A stretch of 64,000 bases of DNA from the human T2T-CHM13v2.0 reference genome, Homo sapiens, in assembly GCF_009914755.1 (NCBI RefSeq), contig NC_060926.1. One strand, given 5' to 3'. Below the pieces are notes generated by a model. The model was not told the DNA's origin and did not search any database. It was given only the letters and a program-made list of their open reading frames with translations. This document shows positions 43,926 through 58,713 of the stretch, one piece after another. The position numbers and the translations under genes are program-made. How positions within the stretch are numbered: the first letter of the stretch is position 1; each line of letters starts with the position of its first letter.

Positions 43926-45753
43926 CAGTGGTTGTCAAACTTTTAAAAGTGCCAGACAGTAAATATTTTTGGCTTCATGGGCCGTACAGTCTTTGTTGCC
44001 ACTGCTTAATTATGCTGTCACAGTGTGCAAGCAGCCATAGACAGCACAGGCAGTGAAGATGTTCATACTATTCAAGGTGATCTACAGAATTAATGCAATC
44101 TCTATCAAAATCCTAATGGTTTTTTTTGGCAGAAATAGAAAAAATTATTCTAAAATCATGTGGGATCTCAAGTAGCCAAAACAATCTTGAAGATGATCAA
44201 AGTTGGAGGTCTCACACTTCCTGATTTTAAAATGTATTACAAAGCCACAGTAATCCAAACAGTGTGGTACTGGCATAAAGATAGACATATAGACAAATGG
44301 AATAGACTAGAGAGCCTATAAATAAATCCTCATATATATGGTTAAATAATTTTCAACAATGGTCTCAAGACAAATCAAAGAGGAAAGGACAGATTTTTTT
44401 CAATAAAGAGTGCTCAGAAAACTGCATATTCACATGCAAAAGAGTGAAGTTGGATGCTTGCCTTACACTTGTTTTCAAAATATAACTTAAAATGGATCAA
44501 ATAATCTGAACATATAAAACTATAAACATCTAAAACTACAAGACTCTTAGAAGAAAATGGGGGAGAAGCTTCATGACATTGGATTTGACAAAGATTTCTT
44601 GGATATGACACCAAAGCACAGACAACAAAAGCAAAAATAGAAAAATTGGACTTTTTAAAGTTAAAAACTTCTGTACATGAAAGAACAAAATTAACACAGA
44701 GTGAAATGACAACCTATGGAATGGGATAAAATATTTGCAAATTATATATCTGATAAGGATTAATGTCTAGAATACATAAAGAACTATAACTAAACAACCA
44801 AAAAACAAATTACCCAATTTGAAATTGGGGACAGAACTTAAATAGATATTTCTCTAAAGATAATATACAAATGACCAACAAGCATATTAAAAGATGCTCA
44901 ACATCACTAAACATTAGGGAAATGCAGACCATAACCACATTGAGATATCACCTCACACCTATTAGGGTGGCTGCTTTCAAAAACGAAATGAAAAACAAGT
45001 AACAATTGTTGATGGGGATGTGGAAAAATTGGAACCTTTGTGCATTGTTGATGGGAGTGTAAATTGGTGTAGCCACTGTGGGAAACAGTATGGTAGTTCC
45101 TCAAAAAAATTAAAGATAGAATTACCCTATTATATAGAAATTCCACTTCTGGGTATATATCCATAAGAATTGAAAGCAGAATCTCAAAGAGTTCATAGCA
45201 GCACTATATTCACAATACCCAGGAGGTAGAAGGAACCCACATGTCCATCAATTATTGAAGGAATAAAGAAAATTTGGTATATACATATGATGGAATATTA
45301 TTCAGCCTTAAAAGGAAGGGAAATTCTGACACATGCTCCTATGTGTATGAACCTTGAGGACATTATGCTAAGTGAAATAAACCAGTCACAAAAAGATAAA
45401 TACTTCATAATTCTACTTGTAGGAGGTATCTAGAGTAGTTAGATTCATAAAAACAAATTAGAATGGCAGTTACCAGTGCCTGTGGGGAAAAACAGAAATC
45501 AGAATGGTGGATTCCGGGGAGGACAGGAGGAGCTGGGAAGTTGTTGTTTAATGGGTATAGAGTTTTCAGTTGCACAAGTTGAAAAAATTCTAGGGATTGG
45601 TTGCACAACAATGTGAATATACTTAACATTACTGAACTGTGCACATAGAAATTGTTAAGATGGTAAATTTTATGTTACGTATATATTCTTAGCACAGTTT
45701 AAAAAAAGCAGTAGGCCAGATTTGGCCTGCTGTTCATGGTTTGCCACTCTCTG
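43926..45753 (-). mobile_element. MER58A-like MITE split by a + strand L1MA/MB (~44055-45707)
   Basis: Halves at 43926-44050 and ~45708-45753; degenerate 8-bp TSD ctacagat / ctataaat. Confidence 0.7.
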
Positions 45754-46245
45754 CTATAAATACTGCCATGTGAAAAAACAAAAAAGAAACCTAACAGTGC
45801 TAAATGTTGGTGAGGTTGTTGAAAAACTGGAACTCTAATAACCTACTGGGAGTGAAAATTAATACAGTCATTTTGGAAATTTGGCAATATTTATCAAACC
45901 TGAGCATATACATACCCTGTGACCATTCTTAACTATATCCCCAGGAAAATGCATATAGATGTGCATCAGAAGGCTTATACGAGAATGCTCATTGCAGTAT
46001 TACTTATAGAAGTCAATACCTGAAATGAACCCAAAAGTTTATCAGTAGTAAAATGGATAAATTATAATACCATCATCAAATGGATGATGCTATTACTACA
46101 TGGTATTGAAAACGTACTTACTGCTACATGTAACAACATGAATTAATCATATAAATATAAAAGGGCTGGTTCAAAGAAGTGCATACTAGTATATATTTTC
46201 ATTTAAGTTCAAAGGCAGACAATACTGATCTGTTGTTTTATAATA

Positions 46246-47048
<803 letters not shown>

Positions 47049-47530
47049 TTAGAAGTTAGGATAGTTACCTTTGCGTAGTAAATGGATTTAGTGATTGAAG
47101 AGGGCACATGGGACCTTTCTAGGATGTTGGAAACGTTCTGTTTTTTATCTTAGCAGAGGGTACAATATATGTGCTCATTTTATTAAAAGTTTTGAAAAGC
47201 TATATATATTTATGATATTTATGTTATATGCTTACATACATATGTGTCATATATATAGTAATGTTTGCAAGTTGTCTATTGATATCATGGCTCATCACAT
47301 GACACCAGAAATGTAGTATGTTACTGTGAGAGTCCTGTACTGAGTTTATGTCATCAACTTTATGTCATCAATTTAGCATGTTGATGTAATCTGCGCTTAT
47401 GTCATCAATGTAGCATGTTGGTTTATGTTCAAGGATAGCCAGATGTGGATTGTCTGGTTTCCTGCTATATCCACTAAAAATCTAGAATATCCTATTTTTT
47501 TTTCTGACAGTATATTTGTCGCCCTCCTAG

Positions 47531-47656
47531 GAAGAATCCTGTTCATTTTCAACATTTTAGCCATCCTGGTGATAGTGATTATGGAGGTGTACAAATCGTG
47601 GGCCAAGATGAGACTGATGACCGGCCTGAATGTCCCTATGGACCATCCTGTTATAG
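47531..47656 (+). CDS. APLF: APLF coding exon 8 (KNPVHFQHFSHPGDSDYGGVQIVGQDETDDRPECPYGPSCY): end of PBZ1, linker, first half of PBZ2
   Basis: cctag acceptor, gtatag donor; 126 nt, phase 2 to 2; later exons were not found in the window. Confidence 0.96.
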
Positions 47657-48479
47657 GTATAGAAACTGAATGTTTGGCTGCACTCCTTTTCTTTCTTATC
47701 TCTGTTACTTATCTAGGAGAAACTGACAGCAGCTTGTTATCTCAAGCCTTTTAATTTTCATTTTTAAACTTCTGTAGATTACAGGTTTTCATGTTGGTAA
47801 TAGGTAGGATGATATTTCTTTTAGCTAATTCTGAATTACTGAAGTTACACATCTACGAGTGCCTGAAATTTTTCCTTATTTCCAACTTTCTGTAATGCAA
47901 ATTAGATCACTTAAAAGCTGTTGATGCTACCCCAATATACACTTAATTCACTCTGTATGTCCTAGGTGTGACATATAAATCTATTTGGGATGTTATCTCT
48001 GCATCCCTCTGCTTCCTCAACTTTTACTACTCCACTATTCTTGCCAACACAGAAAGTCCAATCCTAAAGGAAGAGTAAGAATACTTCTCCTCTCAGTTTT
48101 CATGGCATCTTGTCCTTGTCCGTATCATGCACAGAGTAGGATTTATCTCATGAGATTATGTTTGTTTCTTTATCAGAACATCTTTTCCTACAGGCAGCAA
48201 GTATCTTGACAGCAAGGACTCTCATCTTTGTATCTTGCAACTTTGCTTAATAGATGAATGAACTTGAAATGAAACAAACTATCAAAGAAAAAAGTAGTGA
48301 TTTCAGCTTTACAGAGCTTTAATTCCAGACAGCCATCTTTCTTAGATAATTTTAAATACAGATTGCTGAACCTACTGGGCTATTTGAAGTTGTTTCTATT
48401 TCTGTGATTGTGGTTTTCAATGAGAAGGCAAAGTAAGTTTCTAGGACCAGAAAGGAGAATGACTTATACTTTTTTTGAA

Positions 48480-50850
48480 AGGTAAGTGTTCATTATAATC
48501 AACTTTACCAATAAACTTGAAAATTTTTGGAGAAATTAACAAATTCCTAGAAAAATACAACTTTAAGAAACAGATACAATCAAAAATTGAGTTAATATAA
48601 GAGAAATTGAATATATAATTTAAAGCTTTCCACAAAGAAGTGATAGATCTGTTTGGTTTTAATGGCAGGTTCTAACAAACATTTAAAGAAGAAGCACTTC
48701 ATTTTTACACAGACTACTCCAAAGAAAGTAAAAGAGGGTGTATTTCCCAATTCATGATGTGAGACCAGCACAAGTTTGATACCAAAACCCAGCAAGAATA
48801 ATACAAGAATGAAAAATTATAGGATAAGCTTACTTTTGAACATAGTTGTAAATATCCTGAGGGGAGAAAAGTTATGAGAATCAAGTGATAAATAAAAAGG
48901 AAAATATAATATGACCAAATAGGGTCTATCTAAGGAATGCATGTTTTAATGTTAAAAAATAAATTCATTTACCATGTCATCAGAATAAGTAGAAAAGCCA
49001 TCTCCATAGATGATTGGAAAGAAAAAAACCTGACAAACCAAAATCAGCATTCATTTATGAAAAAAACTTGTTATAAAGTAAGAATAGAAGGGAACTTCTT
49101 TAATATCAAAAAGAATATCTACAAAAAATTTATAGCAAATATTATACTTAAAATATTAAAAATTTCCTTTCTGAAATCAGAACTGAGACAAGAATGCCTG
49201 TTATTACCACTTCAGTTCATCATTATGTGGCGATTCAAGACAGTATACTAAGACAAGAAAAGGAAAATGGATAAGGATTGCAAAGGAAGAAATAAAACTT
49301 TGTGTTAACAGATGGTATTATTGTATATGCAGTAAATACAAAGTGGCCCACTGATGAGTTATAAATTTAGTAAGTGCTTAGGATGCTTACTGGATACAAA
49401 AATCAATATATAAAACCAATTGTATTTGTATATTCCAGCATTAACCGGTAAGAAAATAAAATTTTTTAAAGATTATAACATCAAAAAGTAAAGAGTCCTT
49501 AGGAATAAATATAAAAGGCGTAGAAACCTCTATGAAGAAAACTATAAAACTTTAAATGTAAAAATGAGAAAATGTTTTTCAGAAAGACCTAAATAATTAT
49601 GAAGATCAAAATGTTCATGATTGAATTATTCAGTAGTGTCAAAATACCAGTTTTCCTCAAATGGATTTGTATACAAACTGATTCAAAATCATATTAGCTT
49701 TTATAAAGAAATTTACAATGTGATTCTAAAATGTATATGGATTACAAAGGATAAAAATAGCCATGACAATCGTACATAATGAAGAATAGGTGGCAGGATG
49801 TGTTATACTTTATAGTTACTAAAGCAGTGTGGTATGGGCACAAAGATAAAGTAACATGACCAGAACAGAATGGTACTTCAAAATAGGCTTATATATGTAA
49901 GGTGACATATTTATGAAAAGGGACGTTGCAGGTATTGAGAAAAATGAATTTTTTCAATTAATTATAAGGGGATAAGTAGATATTCATCTGAAGAAAAAAT
50001 AAAATTTGACCCTTATATCACACCATAGTCAAAAACTGAATTCCAGATGACTCATAGTACTAAATGTAAAAAACAAAATAATATAGCTTTATTTTTTTTT
50101 GTTTGTAAATTACCCAGTCTCAGGTATGTCTTTATTAGCAATGTGAGAACAAACTAATATGCCATCTAAATTTATTGTAATTACTTATTTTACAACTATA
50201 AATGAAGTCAGGATTCAGGAATTACACTTAACTTATTTACAGTTAAATCTCCAATATCTAACAGACTGCTGACTTACATTAGATAGATGTTCAAGAAATC
50301 TTTGTTGAATAAAAAATGGATCCAGAGACTAAAATGGAATCAACTGTGCCTTTTGTTCCACTTTACTGTTTAAGAAGGAAGGTAAGTTTAGATAACTCAA
50401 AACATTACTGACAAAACTCTGCAGTCATCTGAACAAATAACTTCCAGATGAATTGGTGTCTTCTCTAACGTAATTAAAAATAATATAGCTTTAAAAATAA
50501 ATATAAGGGAATTGTTTCATGATCTCAGAGCAGGGATTATTTTCTAAAACAAGAAACAAAAATTAATTAAAATGAAAAACATTTAATTATTTGACTACAT
50601 TAAAAGTAAGGTGTTTTTAATCCATCAGTACACAACATTAAGAGAATAAAAACAAAGCACACAGTAAGAAAAAATATATTTGCAACCCACATAATTGACA
50701 GTAGCATATATCTAGAACACATGAAAAAATATTTTAAATTGCTATTGCTTTTTGCTTGGTAACATACATAGCCTTTTTGCCCAAAAGGAAATCCAAATAT
50801 TAAACACATGAAAAAATACTCAGTGTCATTAGTAATCAGGGACATTAGAC
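48480..50850 (+). mobile_element. Old L1M ORF2 fragment
   Basis: Degenerate ORF2 (ORF 48937-49251 is RT-like), interrupted at 50091-50476. Confidence 0.75.
50091..50476 (-). mobile_element. Orphan polyadenylated retro-insertion of non-L1 sequence
   Basis: Perfect 16-bp TSD aaaataatatagcttt (50075-50090, 50477-50492); T9 at the left end; AATAAA on the minus strand at 50131-50136. Confidence 0.8.
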
Positions 50851-51089
50851 ACACATGCACACACACATAAACATATAACCTTGAAGTAACTGTTTTCTCC
50901 TATTTATTCATTCAACAAATTCTTTTCCAAAGAATCATCAAATGCCAAGTGTTGATGAAACAGTGTTGAGATGTACTTGTAGAACAAACATACTTTTATA
51001 TATTTATTTATAATTTTGGAACAAAGCCACCTTTCATAGCTCATGTTGTATATAATTCGTGGCACTGTGGTGATATGCCTTTTCATTTG

Positions 51090-54000
51090 TTAAAAAAAAA
51101 CTTTTGTAATGGAGAATTTTATCCATAAACACAAGTGGAGAGAATGTAGAATAAGTTCTAGTGAAATCCATCACCTAGTTTGTGCAGCTATCGACTCATG
51201 ATCAATATTGTTTCATCAATCCCCAAACCACTTGCTACCCCATCCCTGTATTATTTTGAAGCAAATACCTAACCCCATATCTTTTCATCCCATTTTATCT
51301 ATGAGTATCTTAGGGTGTATCTCTAAAGATAAGCTCTAAAAACCTACCACAACACTGTTATTAAATAAATCTTTAATATTATTCAATATCCTGTCAAGTA
51401 TCTACATTTCCCTATAGTGTCATTTTTTTTAACAGTTTATCTGAATCAGGATCTGCTTAAATTCTACATGGCAAAAGATGGCCATGTCTCTTAACTTATT
51501 TAATCAATAGGTTTCTCTTCATTTTTTCCTTGCTATATATTTGTTGAAGAAAGCTAATCATTTGTTCTGAAGAGGATTCCATCATTTGCATTTTGTTGAT
51601 TGTATTTTCAGGATGTCATTAATCACATTTCCTGTATTTCCTAATAATTTATAGTTTGAACTAGAGGGTTGATCAGATATCAGTTCTAAAAATTGTGAAA
51701 GTTGCCTGGTCCTTTGAATATTATTTCCCTCTTAGTCTCTAAAATGTTTTTACCTGAAAGTCTACTTTGATATTTATAAATGTTTGAGAATTGCTCTAAT
51801 ATCTATTATAATTATCATTATTGATTTATAATTTAATTCCATATGGTTATATAGCACACACTTTGGAAATTAAATCTTTGGAAATTTATTGAGATTTGTT
51901 TTGGCCCAGCATATGGGTGACTTTTATTGAACATATGGTGTGCACTTACATGTGTATTCTCTAGTTGCTGGAAGTAAGGTTTTATAAATGTCGATTTGGT
52001 CAAATGGTTATAGTGTTGTTCAGAATTTTTTATATATTTGCTAGTTGATTTTTTTCCTGTGGTGGTTCTACTAGTTACTGAGAGAGGAATATTAAAACCT
52101 TCACTATGATTATAGGTTTGTTTATTTCTCTGCTTAATTCTGTCAGTTTTTCTTAGTACTCCAGCTGTAAATTTGTCCTCAGTGAAAAAGCCATAAAAGT
52201 GGGAAATTTACTCAGAGCTGTATCTTTCTTCCACATATTGACTCTCCAGTTTCTGTTTGCTTTTGGTAGCTATCCACTACCTTCTGATTATTGTTTTTAA
52301 TATTTTTTCCAGAGTGTAATTGTAACCTGTCGGAGTGTTGGTCCGATATAATCTACTCTGTCATTATTGAAAGTGGAATCCTTGTTTTGTCTAATATAAT
52401 ATAACTACCCAAGGTTATGTGGTTAGTGTTTGTGTAATATCTTTTTTAATCCTTTTAGTTTCAACTTCTGTTCTTATATTTAAAACATGTCTTTTATAAA
52501 GAGCATATAGTTGCTTCATTGGTTTTTATTTTTAATCCAGTCTGATAGTATCTGTGTTTTAGGTGGAATACTTAGTCCATTTACATTTTTTTTGAGATGG
52601 AGTTTTACTCTCTTGTCTAGGCTGGGGTGCAGTGGCGCAATCTCGGCTCTCTGCAATCTCCGCCTTCCAGGTTCAGGCAATTCTCCTGCCTCAGCCTCCT
52701 GAGTAGCTGGGATTATAGGCACCCACCACCACGCCCGGCTAATTTTTGTATTTTTAGTAGAGACGGGGTTTCACTATGTTGGCCAGGCTGGTCTCAAACT
52801 TCTGATCTCAAGTGATCTGCCCACCTCAGCCTCCCAAAGTGCTGGGATTACATGCGTGAGCCACCACACCAACCCCATTTACATTTAATACTATTAATGA
52901 TATATTTTAATTTTTTCTTTTTTGTATTTGTTTTCTATTTATCCTACATATTCTTTGTTTTTTATTCTCCTCTTTTTGACTTATTTTGGATTAAATGTTT
53001 TTCATTCTGTTTTTTTCTCCTCTGTTAATTTTTCAATAGCCACACTTTATTTCCATAGGCATCTGTGACTTATTACAATCTACCTTACTGTTGGTGCTTT
53101 TACCATTTCCCAAACAGTGCAAGAACCTTACATCACTTTAATTTCATTTACTTCCTCTTTTGTCTTTTTAAACCATTGTTATTATATAGTTATACCTCTG
53201 TACATTAACTCACAAGACATTGTAATTATTGTTTAAAAATTGTTTTAAGCATCAACATTCCCTTTATTTACATATTTATTATTTTGAGTGCCCTTTATTT
53301 CTTCCTAAACGTCTATCCTTTCATCTGGGATCCTTTTCTTTTAGTTTTAAAAACTTCTTTGCGTTTTTCTTATAGTGAAGATCTACTAAAAAGAAATTCT
53401 TTACATTTTTGTGTGTCTGAAAGTGTTCTTATTTTAAATTTTTAAAGGCTGTTTTCACTAGGTATGTAATTCTAGCTTAGCATACCTTTTCTTTTATCAT
53501 TTATGTCATGCCATGGACTCTTGCATCCATAGTTTCTCTTGAAACTCAGTTGTCTATATTATTATTGCCATTATATTTTTAAATCAATGTGCCTCTTCTT
53601 TCACCACTCTTAAGATTTTTATCTTTGCCTTTAGTTTTTAACAGTTTAACTAACGTGCCTAGGTATATTTTTCTTTGTATTCCATCCTATTTGGGGGTTC
53701 ACTGAGCTTTTTTGCAAGTTAATGCCTTTTATTAGTTTGAGGAGACTGCTTGGCTATTATCTCATCAGATATTGTGTCTACTCTATTTTATCTTTTCTCT
53801 TTCTTGTACTCCAACTAAACATATTTTAAACCCTTTGACCATGTCCCACATGTTTCTTCTAGTCTGCTGTTAAGCCCATTCAAAGAGTTCCTAATTTCAG
53901 ATACTGTATTTTCCAGTTCTAGGATGTTTATTTAATTCTTCTTCTTCTTTTTTTTTTTTTTTTTGGCCAATTCTAATTTTGGTGGAACTATCCATTTTTA

Positions 54001-54260
54001 ATTCATTTTCCCCAATTTTCTACTCTTTTTTAAAAAACATATTAATCTTAGTTCTTTTAATGTTCTTATTTATGAACCAACATTTCTGGTTCTGCTTCTT
54101 TTTTTTTTTTCTTGATTGTTGGGTCATATTTTTCTGCCTCTTTGTGTCTAGCAACGCTTTATTGCAATTCTAACATATTTTAATGAAAAGAACTATAGGT
54201 ACCCTAGATGTTGTCTTCCATCAGTAAGGATACCACCTCTACTTGGCAGGTAGGGGCTAG
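51090..54260 (-). mobile_element. Old antisense L1M fragments with an inserted antisense AluS (52586-52874)
   Basis: T-rich antisense L1 motifs; Alu TSD ccatttacattt at 52577-52588 and 52875-52886. Confidence 0.7.
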
Positions 54261-56793
54261 TCATCTCTGTCCAGTCAGAAATTTAGATAGATAGTAGCTA
54301 GTTTGGAGTTTTATTAAAACTCAGTACACTTTTGTTTTATTTCTGCTTGTTTGGCATGGCTTTTCCCGACTTTTATGTGAGAGGCAAGTCTGTATTCTTA
54401 GCTATAAAACTTTCCTTTGGCGATTTTGAGCTTAGCCTATTAGCCTACTACCCATGCATCTTAAATTTTGGTTCATTTCTTGAGGGGAGGCTAGTTATGT
54501 TTGTTGCAAATACCTTCCCTCCAGTGGGACTTTGTCTCTGAAACACGACTTGAGCTGGATATTTCACATTGCCTTTTTTGAAATTTCAGACCCTCAGCCT
54601 CTCACACCTCTCAGGGAACTCAACAAATATTTCTTGGGAAAAATCAGCTTTGTGTTTGGGGCTCCATTTGTTTCCAGATGGTCATGACAACTCTATGAGA
54701 GCTCTTTCTTTGAATAGTTTCTCCACTTGGTTTAAATCTTATCCTTAACCAATACCAAGAATTGACAAATATCTTCAGGGAAGAAAGCAGCCTGTGATTG
54801 TCAGCTTACAAAGGAAGGACTGTCATTATTAAATCTCTGGAATTTTAGATAATCTAAAATTTTCATTGCTCTCACAATTCTGTCATAAAAGTGATTTTTA
54901 CAGCCTATCAGGCTTTTTTTTCCTGTTGTTAAAAAGAGTATTCTCCTACCATGAGGTCCTACATTCTTTTCAGAAGCAAAATAAAAATAATGCCTATTCT
55001 TCAGAAGAATAAAAACAAAATACAAAGCCTTGCTTAGGATAGTAATGTCAAAAATTGCTGTCTTCTTGTCATCAGTCTTTTTAAAATAGGTCAGAGAAGG
55101 GGCTAGTCAAGAGAAACAACTCCAAAACCAATTAGCTTACATGTGCTAATAAAAACTTTCATGTCTGTAGATACGTGTAGATGTATACGTATAGATATGG
55201 TGCTTTCTTCACCTACTGAACTGCTTTGTGTCCTGATTCTGGTTGCAGATAAAAACTTACATTTTTTTCTCTTGTTAATTTTAATTACAGTTCAGAGAGA
55301 CTTTTAGAGAATGTTAGATATGATTGATTACTCTGCCTACTGCTTTAAAAATAAGGGGATGTAAACTAAGAAAGATTAAATGAGCTGTGTAAGACCCCAA
55401 AGCTGGTGAGATAAAACCAAATCTCTTCCCTCCTCGAGACCAGAATTTCTCCATGGCATTGCCTGACTCCACGACTGTTAGTCTTGGCTTTCTAAAGTAT
55501 CACTGGGGGGTTGTCTTTTCAGCCAAATGTCAAAATAATATTTTGGAGTTTTAAAAATAATATTTGGAGTTTTCAAAGTACCTCTAGATAAGGAACTTTG
55601 AAGAAATCATAAATTTTCCAGGTCAGCAAAATAATAGAAATCCTTACAAACTGTCTGTTGTCACATGATCATTATTGAGCAAAAAACATACTTAATAGAT
55701 TTATTTTGTTTCATTGCTGAAACTAAACCAATGTTTAGTTTAGTTATATTATAATCAGTTTACTCTTTTAAAAATATTGATTTGTGAGAGTATTTTTGAG
55801 GGTATATTTGTGAAGTATATTATTTTTATTAGCTATATACTGTTTAGTGCTAGAAAATATGCCCAGTGTATCAGAATTATAAAATGTACTAATTTAGTTT
55901 GCTTAAAAGTGAGTTTTCATGCATATGCATGCTAGGTTTTTCCTGTAGCCACAGAAAAAAATATTGAAGTTCCACAGATCATAAAATAAGCCATCAAAAT
56001 GAGCAATAAATGATTATATTTAGAAAAATGGAAAGATATGTATTCCAAAGTAGAGTTGTGATAAGCCTGTTTTCCATGACAGATGACATATTTGGAAGAG
56101 AGATGAAATTCATGAGCTACAACATGTTTACTTGCTTTTTTATCTTTAAAAATTTGCCTTCACAAAACAGTGTAAGAATTATTCTGAAGTAAAAACAATT
56201 ATTCCCTTAAGTGTAATGCTAGGTTGATTTCATATTTTGTTATTATTATTATTTTGCTTCCCAGTCCTACCTTTTAATCACTGGAATGTGTGCAAGTCAG
56301 TTTCCTTTTTTATACACCTAGGTGATCTCAGATGTTGTATGCCATGTTAGATAATCTTACTATTATACTACATATCAATGCCTACATTTATATGGTAGTA
56401 TATTGTATTTCCAAGTATTGTCTTATAGGTTCAAAGTTTTATCACTGTAGAGCAAGTATGTAAACATAAAAACTGTACGTATATGGGTATATATTTCATT
56501 TGTAGCCATTCCATCCCATGAGTAAAATGAGAAAAAAATAGGATATGGATCATATATGTAAATGTATACCATAGTAAAAATAAAGATTACCACAGCCCTG
56601 CTAATATAGCAGGTTGATCTTTAGAAAAGGATCTGTAATTATTAAATTTTACTTGTACTACTTATACTACAGGCATTGTTAACATTTTCTGTGACTTGTT
56701 ATACTTTTTTAAATCTAACAAAATTAAATTCAACATGAAAAAATGGTAATTTGAAAGAACTAATTGGTGTTTTCATTTGAAGTATCTTGCCTG

Positions 56794-58713
56794 ATGGGAA
56801 TTGAGTTGAATTTGTGGATTACTTTGACAGTGTGATCATTTTTACAATATTGATTCTACCTATCCATGAACGTGGGATGTGTTTCCATTTGTTTGTGTCG
56901 TCTATGATTTCTTTCAGCAGTGTTTTGTAGTTTTCCTTGTAGAAGAAACCACCTCCTTGGTTAGGTATATTCCTAAGTTTTTTTTTTTTTTGCAGCCATT
57001 ATAATAGGGGTTGAGTTCTTGATTTGATTCTCAGCTTGATTGCTGTTGGTGTATAGAAGAGCTACTGATTTGTGTACATTGATTTTGTATCCGGAAACTT
57101 TGGTGAATTCTTTTATCAGTTCTAGGAGCTTTCTGGAGGAATCTTTAGGGTTTTAGAAAAAAAAATCCTAAAATTCATATGGAACTAAAACAAGACTAAG
57201 CAAAAAGAGCAAATCTGGAGGCATCACATTACCTGATTTCAAACTATGCGATAAGGCCATAGTCACCAAAACACCATGGTACTGGCATAAAGATAGGCAC
57301 ATAGACCAATGGAACAGAATAGAGAGCCCAGAAAAAAACCCCTAATACTTACAGCCAACTGATCTTCAACAAAGATGTTTGTGTTTATAAAGTGGGGAAA
57401 GGATACCCTATTCAACAAATGGTGCATGAATAATTGGCAAGCCACATGTAGGAAAATGAAACTGGACCCTCATCTCTCACCTTATACAAAAATCAACTCA
57501 AGATGGATCAAGGACTTAAATCTAAGACCAGAAACTGTAAAAATTATAGAAGACAAAACTGGAAAAACCCTTCTAGACATTGGCTTAGGCAAGGATTTCA
57601 TAACCAAAAACCTAAAAGCAAGTGCAATAATAACAAAGATAAATAGCTGGGACTTAATTAAACTAAAGAGCTTTTACACAGCAAAAGCAACAGTCAGCAG
57701 AGTAAACAGACAACCCACAGAGTGGGTGAAAATCTTCACAATTTGTACATCTGACAAAGGACTAATATCCAGAATCTACAATGAATTCAAACAAATTAGC
57801 AAGAAAAAACAAGCAATCCAATCAAAAAGTAGGCTAAGGACATGAATAGACAATTTTCAAAAGAGGATATATAAATGGCCAACAAACATATGAAAAAATG
57901 CTCAATATCACTAGTGATCAGGGAAATGCTAATTAAAATGCTAATGATCAGGGAAATGCTAATCAAAATACTAATCAAAACCACAATGCAGTACCACCCT
58001 GCGCCTGCAAGAATGGCCATAATCAAAAAATGAAAAAATAATAAATGTTGGTGTGGATGTGGTGAACAGGGAACACTTCTACACTGCTGGTGGGAATGTA
58101 AACTAATACAACCACTATGGAAAACAGTGTGGAGATTCCTTAAACAACTAAAAGTAGAACTATCATTTGATCCAGCAATCCCACTACTGGGTATCTACCC
58201 AGAGGAAATGAAGTCGTCATATGAAAAAGATACTTGCACACGCATGTTTATAGCAGCACAATTTGCAATGGCAAAAACATGGAACCAACCCAAATGCGCA
58301 TCAATAAACGAGTGGATAAACAGTGCAAAGAAAGTATGATGGAATACTACTCAACTGTAAGAAGGAATGAATTAATGGCACTCACAGTGACCTGGATGAG
58401 ATTGGAGACTATTATTCTAAGTGAAGTATCTCAGGAATGGAAAACCAAACATGGTATGTTCTCACTCATATGTGGGAGCTAAGCTGTGAGGATGCAAAGG
58501 CATAAGAAAGAAAGATACAATGGGCTTTGGGAACTTGGGGAGAAAGTGGGAAGGGTGTGAGGGATAAAAGACCACAAATTGGGTGCAGTGTATGCTGCTC
58601 GGGTGATGGGTGCACCAAAATCTCACAAGTCACCACTAAAGAACCTACTCATGTAACCAAATACCACCTGTTCCCCAATAACCTATGGAAATAAAAAAAA
58701 TTTAATAAAAAAA
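56794..58713 (+). mobile_element. L1PB1-like element with 5' inversion (56794-~57154 antisense)
   Basis: TSD gtatcttgcctg at 56782-56793 and 58715-58726; ORFs 57375-57845 and 58127-58339 are ORF2p fragments. Confidence 0.92.

Noticed and set aside
47425-47754. 109-aa hydrophobic ORF overlapping exon 8
   Set aside because: Alternative frame running through intron sequence; the APLF frame explains the exon
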